DNA of 58,586 bases, filler included, from Dugesia japonica (lineage: Eukaryota): assembly GCA_001938525.1 (NCBI GenBank). It is 5 parts of 5 records of this genome, joined end to end, with 100 filler letters (N's around TTAATTAATTAA, not from the genome) between each part and the next. Parts side by side here need not be neighbours in the genome. Positions count along the whole stretch, not along the records: positions 1 to 8,363 come from MQRL01363460.1; positions 8,464 to 19,152 come from MQRL01604797.1; 3 more parts are not named here. The stretch is one strand, 5' to 3'. Below, piece by piece: positions 1-12,614 of this stretch; within the stretch, counting starts at the first letter, position 1; each line of letters begins with the position of its first letter. The notes under the pieces were generated by a model, which saw only the letters and a list, made by a program, of their open reading frames with translations, did no database searches and was not told the origin of the DNA. The position numbers were made by a program, and so were the translations under genes.

Positions 1-219
1 TGTCGAAAATTTGAACCTTTTTACAAATAAATTTTATTTTGATCGAATCCTTTTCTTATTTTAATGAAATCTCACCTGATGTTTCTTGCATTTTGTTTGA
101 TATTATTTATAAGGAAGACAAAAGTTAAATAAAACTTTTTGGAATTTAATTTTAAAACAAATGATCGAATTTTAGATATGACAGAAGGATGATCATACCA
201 ATCTAAATTGTTCAACAAA

Positions 220-250
220 TAGGTTGTCGGAAAAGTTTTGTCGGTTTTTT
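220..250 (+). mobile_element. mariner-type left terminal inverted repeat (putative)
   Basis: TAGGTTGTCGGAAAAGTTTTGTCGGTTTT resembles mariner TIRs such as TTAGGTTGGTGCAAAAGTAATTGCGGTTTT; a mariner transposase 5' part follows at 2811. Confidence 0.45.
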
Positions 251-340
251 TCCAAATGTTACATAGATATGACTTAGTAATAAAATTTATTTATTGTTTA
301 ACCGTAATTAACTTTTTAAAATATAAGTTTAATTTTTAAA

Positions 341-1265
341 TTATGACTTGTGTGTGCATGCCTATCTTTACATAAACTGGGAATATTGGGAGAAATTGTT
401 GTTAATCGTAAACGTATGGCATTTTCTGCATCAAGTTTATTTAGTTTTCATAGCAATATAAACGGAGAATGATGTTTCGCAAAGATACGTTGTTTCAAAA
501 GGCATTAGGATTTTTACTGCTTTTTCGGCAACCTTAAGATATTCATTTAACAATTAATACATTCAATTAATTCCAACCTGTTTGAATGTATTTCTAATGC
601 TGTTTCTGTACAAATATCAATAATCTGGTCTTTCTTTAATCGGTAGAATTTTCAAATCATCAGATTCCACAAAAGGATTTTCTACCCAACTATAATTATT
701 CGTTTGGAGAGGAAAATATTCAAAAAATGTGGCTTATAGTCCAGATAAATGCTCCAAGATATGCTTTTTAACGGTTCGATCTAACGATAAACTGTTATTT
801 TCCAACACGTCTGGTAGCTTAGGAAAGCACTCTGTGCTTCCTGCAGTAATGCATTCATGTCAAAGATTTGGTTTTAAGCGTACTGATTTTTTTATTATTA
901 ACTTTAAAAATTATTGTATTTGCTCCTTGAAGGGAAAGATTGATTTCATTTAAGTATGAAAATATATCTGCAAGATATGCCAGACACTGAAGCTAAACAA
1001 TATTTAAATTTTCTGCCAATTCATTAGGATGTTCGGATAAAAAGAATTTAATTTCATCCTTTAATTCGCCGAATCTTGTTAAAAACTGGCCTCGAGATAA
1101 CCATCTGACCTCTGTATGAAGTAATAACGTTTTATGTAAACTTCCAATGTCTTCACATGGCAATGTAATTATTCTGGAATTTAGTGGTTTCGCCTTAATA
1201 AAATTTACGATCTTGACAACATCTTTAAGGACTTCATTGAGTTTAATTTTTGATAAGACCAGTTT
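341..1265 (-). pseudogene. hAT (Buster/Charlie, ZBED5-like) transposase, degenerate C-terminal half
   Basis: ORF 993-1304 has VVKIVNFIKAKPLNSR...LLLHTEVRWLSRG; manual minus-strand translation near 341-540 gives the hAT dimerisation motif AVKILMPFETTYLCETSFS...HTSH*; frameshifts and stops present. Confidence 0.88.
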
Positions 1266-1278
1266 ATTTTGAAAGAAA

Positions 1279-2647
1279 ATGTCATCAAAAACATTCATCT
1301 CCAAAGAAGAAAAAACCGCATCAGGTCTTAAAGCCGCGAAAGATCGGTTAACCTTATTATTAGGTGTAAATTCAACTGGTGATTTCAGGATGAAATCACT
1401 GCTTATTTACGATTCTGAAAATTCCAGGCCAATGAAAGGGATTTCTAAACAATCACTGCCTGTCATTTGGAAGGCAAACCGAAAATCATGGATGACAGCA
1501 ATTTTATTTAAATAATGGTATCAAGAGCATTTTTGTCCTGCTGTAAAATCGTATTGCGAAAGAAATGGATTAGAAAAAAAGCATTGCTGATTCTCTACAA
1601 TGCTCCCGGACACCCTCAATACATATCAGAATTTCAAACTTAATTGTCTGTAGAAATTATTTTTACACCTCCAAATACTACATCAATTTTGCAACCGATC
1701 GACCAATGAGTGATTGACGCTTTCAAAGCATATTATATTCGAAAAACCTTTAAGCAACTATTTCAAGCCGTTGACAGCAATCAATGTTCCATCATAGAAT
1801 TTTGGAGGAAATTTAATATCAAGAATGCCATAGAAAATATCAGTTCATCATGGAATGAAGTGCAACCAAGTTGTCTTAAAGGATGCTAAAACGGCTTGCT
1901 TACTAAAACGATTGAAGATGAAATAATTGATGAACTACCACAAGTTAATTCAAAAATTTTGGAAATAGCAAATTAAATTGTATTTGAGGAAGTTAATGGG
2001 AGAAACAACCAAGAACTAATTTAAAGTGATGGCCATAGTATCTCCAATGAGGATCTGATTGCTAGTTTATCACCAATTCAGCCAGAAATTGCGGACGATA
2101 CGCTAAAAACAGAAGATATAACAGAAAATATTTTAGCGACAAAATGTTTGGAACATAATCTAGGAATAATCCAAAATGCCTTAGACGATTTAAGTGAAAA
2201 TGATCCCAATTTTGAAAGGTCCTGCTCTATAAAACTAGGAGTAATGAAAACTTTATCACCCTACATGGAAATTTTAAAAGAAGAAAGAAAACTATTTAAG
2301 CAAGGAACTTAAGACACGTTTTTAAAAAAATCATAATTAAGTATGAATTTACACCTTTATTTTGTGAAATGTATATTATATATACATATTTGTTTTTATT
2401 GAAATTTTTTATTGTTATATTGAATCCTACTTTATTTTCTAATTTTTAAATGAAGAAAAAATGAAACAAAAATTTCATTTTAAATTAAAAATACCATCTT
2501 TTTAATTTTTGCCTTCAAAATATCAAAACAACCTCATTGGGAACGTAACCCCATATTTTAATGGAAATAACACCTCTTATAACGCTGTTTCTGTTAACGC
2601 TCAATTTTCAGGAACGCATTATGAGCTCCAAACGAGATATGCCTGTA
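1279..2647 (+). mobile_element. pogo/Tigger transposon 3' part (DDE_1 transposase pseudogene plus right TIR)
   Basis: KTFISKEEKTASGLKAAKDRLTLLLG...LPVIWKANRKSWMT, then LLILYNAPGHP and TPPNTTSILQP motifs; ends CGAGATATGCCTG-TA (2633-2647), the reverse complement of a Tigger1-like CAGGCATA(C/T)CTCG terminus with TA target site. Confidence 0.9.
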
Positions 2648-2706
2648 TTAATAAATATTAAACAAAAAAATTTTTGAAACTTATAAAATACGTATAAATT
2701 TTTTTT

Positions 2707-2731
2707 GCTGAACCCACTATGAAGACCACTG
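2707..2731 (-). mobile_element. possible 5' terminus of the Charlie/Buster hAT element
   Basis: minus strand starts CAGTGGTCTTCATAGTGGGTTCAGC, resembling CAGTGGTTCTCAA Charlie-type ends; same orientation as the hAT ORF. Confidence 0.4.
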
Positions 2732-2810
2732 GTTTAACATATTAAATTGATCACTAATAAAATACAATCAATATTATTATAAGACTTAAATGTTATTTCT
2801 TTATCTTTAA

Positions 2811-3225
2811 ATGGACTTGTCAGAAGATAAAATTCATTTTCTTCTACACTTTCAATGGAAATATGGTTTAAAAGCTGCTGAAACAGGATGAAAAATTTGC
2901 AATGTGTACGTAAAGGAATTTGTAAAGAACGGAAAGCACAATGCTGGTCCAAGGCTTTCCTTAAAAGAAACCGATTGACAGATTTTCTGAAGTCCTGCTG
3001 TTCACGAGAGGTTAATCATCAAGATGTCACCAACAAAATTGAAGAACAACCATCCATGACAACATGAATGCTTGCAGATGAATTTGCTTAACAATACTCA
3101 GCAATTGTACTGATCTTCCATGAAGCCGACAAAAAGTGGTTAAGGTTTAAGTGGGTTCCACACGAATTGATTGGCGCACATAGGCAGAAGCCCCTTAATG
3201 TCGCAACTCGATTGTTTGACCGCAA
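2811..3225 (+). pseudogene. mariner transposase N-terminal fragment
   Basis: MDLSEDKIHFLLHFQWKYGLKAAET..KICNVY HTH-like start; diagnostic WVPHEL motif encoded at 3152-3169. Confidence 0.85.
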
Positions 3226-3890
3226 ATCTATTAATAATTATTAATAATTTATTGATGTCAACTATTAACTTAAAAAAATAAATAAATGTCTTATTTCATA
3301 TTTTTAAGTTCATAATACCTTAAAAATATTATTGAAACTCACTTTTGCAGCACNNNNNNNNNNNNNNNNNNNNNNNNNNNNNNNNNNNNNNNNNNATTGA
3401 GAACTTAATAGACCGATTTTGATGGCGAAGTGAAATCTACCATAAAAATCCAAAAATAATCAATCAACATCCATTCTGCCGCGATTTTCAATTTTAAAAT
3501 ATATACTTATACATACATTCACCATCACAAGAAAAGGATTAAACCTTTACACTATCATCTGTCTTCCATCGCTCTCTTTCATTCAAACCAAAATTCATCC
3601 AAAGGCAACAAAAACTCACGACACTAGACCATTTCAACCGAAAACTGATAACACGTCACTGTACTAACAGCAACATTTTTGTAAAAAGTTATCTATGACA
3701 ATAAAAAACGATAAAAATAAAAGAAAGAGTAAAGAAAAAGAAGACGAAAAGAAAAAAATTAAAATTTCCCGCCAAAAAAAATTCAAATTTTTCACTTAAG
3801 AAAAATTTAAAATTTCTGCTAAGTATACGTATTAATTAAAACAAAAAAATTGAAATTCCTGGTAACTAGACATAATTAAATGAAATATAC

Positions 3891-4230
3891 GGTGGTTGGT
3901 TCAACATGACCTCACTAATTTGATTGGTCAATTTTAAACGATTTTGATAGGTCAATTCTGAATGACATTGAAATTTAATTAATCTATTCAATTCTTCCTC
4001 TCCATTTACTTCCCCAACACTTTAAACAAAAAAATAGATAAGCAATAACTAAATGCGCGATAATTCATACTGTCTCAGATCCCGCTGTCATATATTTTCG
4101 CGAGGGCTGGAAGGGGGATAAAATTTATTTTTAATTGACCAATTAAATTTTCAGGTCATCATGTATTGACCAATCAAAATCGTTTAAAATTGACCAATCA
4201 AAATAGTGGGGTCATGCTGATCAAGCTGCC
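3891..4230. mobile_element. MITE-like element with ~90-bp imperfect terminal inverted repeats
   Basis: CATGACCTCACTAATTTGATTGGTCAATTTTAAACGATTTTGAT (left) pairs with ATCAAAATCGTTTAAAATTGACCAATCAAAATAGTGGGGTCATG (right); non-coding interior. Confidence 0.7.
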
Positions 4231-4234
4231 CATT

Positions 4235-5490
4235 AACAATAACATTAGTAGATCGAGTAGAGAAAAACAGAGAATAACTTTACTCAGAAGTTACGCGAGA
4301 GTTACAAGTCATAATTATCAAAAACATGTAAATCATACAATGAATAAACATGTGGATCAAAGAAAGGAAAAACAAAATATCGAATGTTGATCATGTCATA
4401 AGATCGGTCATACTAAAGCAAACTGTCCGACAAAAAAGTGGTAGAATACTGGAACATATAGGTCGAGATAGTCCAAATAACAATTCAACAAAATGTTTTG
4501 GTTTTGAAAAGGTTGGTCATATTAGAAGGTTATGTCAAGAAGTGGGTCGTAAACGATATGGTAATGTTAGAAATAGGGAAGAAGAGTGCTAGAAAAATTT
4601 GAAAATAAAAGAACAAGTGAAAAATATATGACTGCGAATAGATTAATAAACCGATATAATTGAGTACATGCGATTGAAGATGAAGATGTCAATACAAACG
4701 ATGGATATGACGCAGTATATGAAAGTTATTCTGAAAGGCAGTACCGAAAAGCCAGAGCTTAACCAGTAGAGGAGTTAGTTTGAGCCATATATTGTTAAAT
4801 GAAGTGAGTAATTATTCTTAAGGAGTCGAAAAGTGAGATGATATCGGAAAGGTTCTAGAAAAAGTATACAGGTTCTTAAAGAGGAAAAATTTTACGGATG
4901 ATAGAAAAGTAGAATGGGTTGGAACAGTTGAAGCAGAACAGAAAACAAATATTTCGTATCATATTAAAGGCATTCCAAGTGTTACAGTATCAATTCAAGG
5001 AAATAAAGTTGAAAGTTTATTAGTTACAGAGGCTCGAATTAACTTGATGAGTTTGAATTGTTTTAATAAATTAAAACAAGAAATTTATTTAGAAATGAGT
5101 GATTTGCGTTGAGCAAATAATATTACACTGGAAATTGTTGTGAAAGTTAGAATCGGAGTGATAATTGATGAAGTTTGCAAAGAGGTGACTTTCTAAGTGA
5201 CACCGGATCTGATAGGAGGAATAGATATGCAGAAGACTTTTGGATATCAGCTAATGTGAAAGGTTTAGGAAAAATTGAAAATTACATTTGTAATATTGAG
5301 GCGAAATTTGAGAGACAAATTGAAAGAGGCGAGCAATTGACAAGAACCTTAAATACTTAGAAGATTTAAAAAGATCAACGGTTAATTAAAATAATTCGAC
5401 GTAAAGAAGATTCGTTTATTTCAGATAAATGTGATGTAGGACAAAATAATCACAAGCGATGAACCAATCAATGTAAAACCGTACAGGTAA
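4235..5490 (+). mobile_element. Ty3/Gypsy LTR retrotransposon remnant (gag zinc knuckles, protease, start of RT), copy 1
   Basis: decayed CCHC knuckles, LLxTxARIN protease-like site, EPINVKPYR; clearly homologous to 16240-17565. Confidence 0.8.
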
Positions 5491-6521
5491 CGGTAATTTC
5501 TTATCCAAGGTGTGAAATGACGACCGGCAATTTTCTTACTCTACAACAACCTTATAAAAAAATGTTCAGTTTTTAATTCTAAGACGATAGATACCGAATT
5601 CAAAACCATACTATAAAAATTGACCGAAAAATCAAAAGTCAAAATTTCGACATTGGACATTCTCAAACAAAAATAAGACCATTACAACTAGAATTCAAAA
5701 CGATCTTTACGTATTTTTAACGGCTAATCAAAATGCTAATTTTCTAAAATAGTCAAAATACCAAACATTTAGACACAGTTAGCCTTGATGTGAACAGTTT
5801 TAGTTCGCCACTATCCATCTACTATAGCATCTTTCTCTTTATCAAATGCCAACCCAAAAACGAGTCTAAAACCTATCAATTTTGTTCAACATCTTTTCAT
5901 ATTCTTCCAGCATATTGTCATCTAACAATTAAAAAACTAGTCTTTTCTGTTGTTTCTTCTGTGCAATGTTTATCGCATCAAAATATTATTCATAACGCTT
6001 TATAATATTTTTTATGTCATTATTTCTAGAGAACACTGTAATATGACTTTTAATTATATTACATTCTAAATTATAAATATACTTTAAACAAATTCATTTT
6101 TTTAAATATTATATTTTAATAGAAAATCAGAAATTTGAATTTAATAAATATTGCCATCTTTATCTTGTATTTATGGAATCAAGATTGTACGAACTCAACA
6201 AACATATTTAGTAATTACTTATCTGTAATTGAATCTATATTTATCACTGCTCTCAAATTAGGAAAATCATCATAGGACAATTTATTTTCAATATCATAAC
6301 TTATAACTTGAGACATGTTTTAATTCACACTAATTAAAAATAAGAAGCATTTCTCCCAGTTAAAATTATTTTAATTAATTATTTTGGTTAAAAGTTTTTT
6401 TTATTTTAAATATTTTTTATTTTAAATATTTACTTATATTAACTGAATCAGAAAACGGCAGTAAACAGTCAGTTAGGACATTACTAAAAGCACGATTTGT
6501 CAATAAGTAGAAAATTTGATA

Positions 6522-6990
6522 TAAAGGATGGCCTGAAAAAACTGGTCATTTTGAGAATTTGTGGAATTTTAATTCTTTTTATTATTCTATACTATAATAT
6601 CATTTTTGTAAATGTCACCTCGTTAGAATTTGTCATTATTGTCAAAAAATCTCAAATCTAAAATACGCCAACAATGTAATTAGCATATATAAACTATTTT
6701 ATTGCAATTATGGAAAGCAATGGAGTTTCCGCTGCTTATACTTCGCTATACTTGAGATATGCATCGGTGAAAACGATTTGATTCAAGAAAACAGAGTGAG
6801 ACAGATTGCTTTGGAGTTTCGTGCTGGTAAAACAAGTTTTGATAGGATTGCAGATTCTGGAAGACCATTCTTTGTTGTCATTCATGAAAACAATGTATTG
6901 CTGAGAGAAATTGTTATTGGCGTTGACTAAATTAACATATTTAAGCTGAACTTCAGTTCAAAAAAACTTTTTACGACGAATTAGGCTTCA
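6522..6990 (+). mobile_element. Tc1/mariner remnant (TIR-like end plus HTH fragment)
   Basis: TAAAGGATGGCCTGAAAAAACTGG end-like motif; EFRAGKTSFDRIADSGRP...EN matches the mariner F..GR.S..D..RSGRP motif. Confidence 0.55.
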
Positions 6991-7721
6991 ATTAAATAAT
7001 ATATATAATTTATTATATGCTTGTATTATTGTTAAATCTATAATAAAAATTAAAAACGAAAATTTCTTTGTGCCACCTTGTACTAGAGCAGATCAAACAG
7101 TGAATGTTTGGCTGCCCAAGGAAGTCACGGAGTGGAAATCAGTTATGCTCAAAATAATTGTTAAATAACGTAAAAAATCTTATTATTTTGTATCCAGAAG
7201 CTAAAAATACCAAAGAAAAAGAACATAAAGAATAGTAAAACAGATAAAATCCTGGAAAATGATCTAATGTTTTTCATAATGAACTTGCATACTTCAAATT
7301 ATTTTACTTATATATTCTTTGATCTCTTTGAATTTCGTCATTTATGTTCCTTTTTTAAGTATTCAACTAATTAAATTATCGTTACGTTTAATGCAGTCAA
7401 AAGAAAACACAATTTCCCATTTTATTAAATAAAATTGAAAATAATAATAAATATTAATTATATTATAAAAATACGCATTTTTTGCATTTTTAAATTATTT
7501 TTCGTCTAGTTTGATTACCAAACCTGCTAATTGAAAAAAAATAATTCAAATTTTATGAAAAACAATTAATAAATAAATAGAAAAATTAAAATTTAAAATG
7601 ATACTCAAATGTTAAGTTTATCAATTATTTCNAAAACAAAACAATAATCCCCATATTTGTATACATATATTAAAGTGGTGATCCACAAATTGCGGTTTGA
7701 TTTGCGTTATAAATTGCAATC

Positions 7722-8340
7722 TATTTCGGTGGTGCATAAAGTTTTGCCAAATTTTAAAGAAAAATTATAATCATAATTTTTATTAAATTTCAAATATTAA
7801 TTAGTTACAGTAACAATTGTTTTTAGTAATCGTTTGCCATTTCTGAGATGGATTCATAATTCAATTTTCTTAGATTGTTTTGGATTTGGATAAGAAAAAC
7901 TAAGACACTGTGGTTTTACAAACTTTAAAAGATGAGAACTGTGTTCGATTAAGATAGTTCTGCATCGATAGAAAGAAATAATAATTGCAAGGTAATGATA
8001 ATCTGGAGCATATGTAGAGTATATAAGAAGATACCGNNNNNNNNNNNNNNNNNNNNNNNNNNNNNNNNNNNNNNNNNNNNNNNNNNTTTTTCTGGTGAAA
8101 AATCACTTTATTTCTTTTGGTTAAACATGGACATTTTTCTTCAAGAGCTATATTCAGACTATCCAATTGTGCACAACGGCGTTCAGAATTTATTACTTGG
8201 CAGAAGTTCATTATGAATTATTTCCGATCAATTCTGCCAAGCAAATAACATTCCCTTCTTTTGGTATAATTTGGCTTTTAGAGATATTAACAGAGTTACA
8301 TAATCCATTTTTCATTGCCTTTTACAATTTGTTTCAAAAA
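7722..8340 (-). mobile_element. mariner remnant: catalytic-domain fragment and right TIR
   Basis: INSE..CAQLD.L..AL..K...L.KRNKVIFHQ(DNA) and a degenerate YSPDLAPSDYY/FLSMQNYL region; TIR-like TATTTCGGTGGTGCATAAAGTTTTGCC at 7722-7748. Confidence 0.8.
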
Positions 8341-8363
8341 AGACTCATTTTTGTTTCTTTTTA

Positions 8364-8463
8364 NNNNNNNNNNNNNNNNNNNNNNNNNNNNNNNNNNNNN
8401 NNNNNNNTTAATTAATTAANNNNNNNNNNNNNNNNNNNNNNNNNNNNNNNNNNNNNNNNNNNN
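8364..8463. other. artificial contig-join spacer
   Basis: 44 N + TTAATTAATTAA (stops in all six frames) + 44 N. Confidence 0.95.
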
Positions 8464-9610
8464 AAAATAACCAAAAATACATCAAAAACTCAAAAATGAT
8501 ATTACTTTCATTAAATTCATCAAATTAAGCATTTTTTTATCAAATTAATTTTTTTGAAAATTTATGACGTCATAACCAACCGACAGATAAATTTCAAATA
8601 AATCTTTTAAAATCCGATAATTAATTTTCTTTCCACACATACCAACCTCCACCTAACGAAAATTTTTTTTAACACACTTATACTACTTACAAAATAAACC
8701 AATCAAAAAGTAGCCCTTTAAATAAAAAATCAAAGCACATTGGACAACCAACATATTCACTATCACATTACCTTTCCAACAAGCTATCAACCAACAAATT
8801 CCATTAACAGCATCAAAAACTACAACCCAAACAAAAATCCCCACGATAACTCATATTTTGTGCCTGTGTGCCACTACCCTTGTAGTGAAAACCATCCATA
8901 CAAACCCAAAAGTCCTTTAGACAATATATAGACAAAATTTTGTCCAACAACAAATAAATCTTCAAAATCCCCAAAAAATTATCTCCATGATCTACAGCTA
9001 CTCCTCGTTGTTTATTCTCGTCTTTTACACACACACCCACACAAACACAACTTGACCTACTTTTTAAAAACCACCTTAACAACCCAAACACACAGAACAA
9101 ATATTGTTCACCTTAAAAAATCGTTTTATGAAAATTATTCATTCTAATTATTGATTTACGAAAAATAATTATTTGTCATTACGATAATTTTGTTGTCTAT
9201 TATATGGTTATTCAAAAATATAAATTATTTTATTCAGAAACAAAAAATGTTTTATTTTCATTTATAAATACTTTTATGTAAAAAATTACTAAATTTACAA
9301 AGAAAAAAAATATGGATACTAAATTTGTGGTTTCAAATTTTCTTTTTATAAAACATGATAATATTTTTTATTTCTGAACAAAATAAATTATTTCCGTGTT
9401 AGGATAGAGTAAAATTTACATGTCAATAAATTATAAAGAATTTTAATTATTGTAAAAATAATGAATTATATTGAATTAATGTAGATAATAATGCAGTCAT
9501 ACGTGCATGTATTTATATGTATGCGTATATGTGAGTACTATCTGGAAAGTTGAAAATTGAGTAAATTTAGATGAATAAAATTTTAATTAACTAATTAAAA
9601 TATTTATTTC

Positions 9611-9654
9611 TGCATTACATGTTTCGACAGCATAACTGTCATCTTCGAATACAA
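9611..9654 (-). ncRNA. degenerate Penelope-type minimal hammerhead ribozyme motif
   Basis: minus strand TGTAT-TCGAAGA-T-GACAG-TTATG-CTGTC-GAAAC-ATGTA-ATGCA: perfect 5-bp stem II, GAAAC, GUA cleavage triplet, stem I TGTAT/ATGCA; core reads TCGAAGA instead of CTGAAGA. Confidence 0.45.
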
Positions 9655-9689
9655 TAATAATTCTTTCTTTTGATAAGTTTATTTGTTTT

Positions 9690-10140
9690 ATAAGGTTTTT
9701 ATGAGTTTTGTAGAAGGTTTGCGAGTTTCATGAGGATTATTTCAAACTTGATAGGATTTTTTAAGGCTTTATCAGGTTTTCTTTAATTTAGGTTTAATAG
9801 GTTTCAAAGGATTATTCTAAAATTTGGCAGGATTTTATAAATTTTTTATATGGTATTTAAAATTTTTATCAAGTTTGATTTCAAATGATTCATACTTTCT
9901 TTAAGGTTTTTTTAAAGTAATATAGGACTTGATATGGTTTATAAAGTTTATGTGTTTATAGGGATTTTCAATAATTTAATTAGAGATTATATGAGTTGAC
10001 TAGGATTTATCTAATATGACAGAGTTTTATAAGGTGTTTATAAAGCTGCATAAGATTTTAAAAGGTTTTTTATAAGCTGATTTTTGGAAGCTTTGATAGG
10101 ATTTAATACGGATAGATATGGTTATTAGGGTAGGTTTAAC
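9690..10140. repeat. degenerate low-complexity tandem repeat (GGTTTTATAAG-like)
   Basis: recurrent (A)GG(A/T)TTTTATAAG variants. Confidence 0.55.
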
Positions 10141-10370
10141 TTAATAGGACCATAATATTTTCTACACACGTACTCATATCGATCGGAGTGAATTCATGAT
10201 AAAACTTAATGAATACATCAAAAAAAATCGATAATAGTTCTTTAAGCAATATTTGTAATTTTTAATTTTCTATCGAATGGTGTAAAATACTCAATGACCG
10301 AAATGAAAACAATTTACTGTAAACCGATTTTAAAAAAACTATCAAACAGTATTTTCAAATTATTGATTTA

Positions 10371-10955
10371 AATATTGATTTTCTCGACTTTGAAAATATA
10401 AAAGTAAAATATTAAACCAATGATGCCAAGTTGGTCTCAATAGTATTATAATTATAAGTTATATAATTATAACTTGGTTCCACCTAGTTAGCAACGATTT
10501 CTATTCAAAAAAATGAAAGTCAAAATAACTGAAGTTCTGTTAAGTGCTAAAAGTGTTTTTCGTCAATATCGATTAGCATATTTGGAAAATNNNNNNNNNN
10601 NNNNNNNNNNNNNNNNNNNNNNNNNNNNNNNNNNNNNNNNTAAATATTGATTTTCTCGACTTTGAAAATATAAAAGTAAAATATTAAACCAATGATGCCA
10701 AGTTGGTCTCAATAAGATTATAATCAAAAAAAATTGGAAAAACGTTTTCGCAAACGAGCGATAACATGCTGCAATACATTTTATATCAGTTAAAAAGATT
10801 TTTCACCAAAATTCTTTATTGCAATGTGTAAACAAATTTTGGTTCCACCTATTTAGCAACGATTTCTATTCAAAAAAATGTAAGTCAAAATAACTGAAGT
10901 TCTGTTAAGTGCTAAAAGTGTTTTTCGTCAATATCGATTAGCATATTTGGAAAAT
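10371..10955 (+). repeat. local duplication across an N gap, containing a possible Merlin/IS1016-like transposase fragment
   Basis: 10371-10442 recurs at ~10643-10714 and 10474-10590 recurs at ~10839-10955; downstream translation VFRQYRLAYLENLNENVGSHSVCIETKF loosely resembles the Merlin VEIDETKF motif. Confidence 0.5.
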
Positions 10956-12614
10956 TTAAATGAAAATGTAGGTTCACACTCCGTGTGCATAGAAACTAAA
11001 TTTGATCCGATTAAAAAAATTACACCCTGTTTTTTAAAAATTAAAAAAAATTTTTAAAAATTTATCGATTCAATTTTAAAATTTTCCCGATATCAATACC
11101 AACTGTTACTTCTTTTCACGAATAAGAAGAGGGTTGAAGTAGTGCACCAGTATCTACCTACTGCGTTTCAAAAGGTTTTCAACCTTAAATATCTTCTATA
11201 AAATTAATCAATCCAAAGAATGAAAAAAGGTCTATTGACCTATGTTTAAAACCTGTTGTTACAGAAATCAGTAAACGATGAATAAATAACCGAGAAAGAT
11301 ATAATCAATCTATAAATTAAAATCTTTCACAATAATAAATCAATTTTTGGATTTAAGGCGCCGTTTAAAAGCTTTTAATATACTACAGACGCCGCGAACC
11401 AAAAAAGTTAGCAAAATTATACTTCAAAATATTAAATTCAAATTAGGAAATAATGTTCAAATAAAAAATATAATATTGCAAAGTTATTGAAAAGATGAAG
11501 TTAACAATTTGTTTATACAAATTTATTACAAAGAAATTTTTTTGAATTTTGAATGTTTTTCAAATATTTCAACAAATAAAATCTATTTATCATTAATTTT
11601 GTATTTCTCATCACACTTATATGAAAAGTTCAAACACTACTTTACTTAAGAAACTTAAATTCAATCTTATATTATTCAAATAATGACCACATTTAAAAAA
11701 CCACAAACCAAGTGAATATAAAAACAACTATAAAATCTAAGTTGTTATTCACTACACTTCACCACAATCTCCAGATTTAACAAAAGCAGTCAGCTAAACA
11801 CGATGGCAAACTCATCATTTTTTCTGTTGTCATTCTTTCTGAAGTGCTAATTCTTGTGCGTTAAAACGCTAGAATTCCGCATCTGCGCAGTGGTGCTAAC
11901 ATACCGCATTACACACTCTACAACTGTATTTCACTTACTGTTTTTCAATTTATACAGGTTTCAAATAGAATCAATACCCATAATTTCCTCCTTCTGTTCG
12001 CTCGTTTTCTAAATAATTTTCTAAAGATAAAATAATTCTGAATTCCATCTAACTTTTAAAGTCACGAACCCAACAGCAAGACTCGTGCAATAGGCTTTAT
12101 AAACTCATGGTTACCAATGAATTCTATAAATTTTTATATAACTTTTTCGGTCACCATAGCTACATTCATGCTACAGATCATAATCACGTCATTAGCTTGG
12201 CACTAAGCTTAAGTCAACTGATTCATTAATTCTTTCCGAGAGCATCCTTGATGACCTTTGCATTATTCACTTTTGATCATTCTTCTATGTATCATACACT
12301 GACACTATCAAAAACATTAAAAACCAGGTTGCGTATTTTTTTCTTTTTCGTCAATATGAAATGTAATTCAAACCCAGTCAAATTATAACTAAATTTTAAA
12401 AATTAACAATTTAAGTGATTATTTAAATAACAATAAGAAATAAATCATTATTCACAACAAACAGCCACATTTAAATATTTTTATGAATCACACTCTTTCT
12501 GCATGAAAAACTAATATTATATATTACTTAGTAATTTAATAAAAATATTAGTTTTAATATTAATTGTTGTTTAAGTCATTCACGTAAATGGTTTTATATC
12601 ATTACAAAATTTGA

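Noticed and set aside
5790-6320. Minus-strand gag-like or first-exon-like coding tracts
   Set aside because: Multiple stops and no diagnostic motif
8408-8419. TTAATTAATTAA as a biological dispersed repeat or CRISPR-like unit
   Set aside because: Always flanked by exactly 44 N on each side; it is an assembly linker
11700-12330. Minus-strand hAT dimerisation-like remnant
   Set aside because: Too degenerate to call from motifs alone
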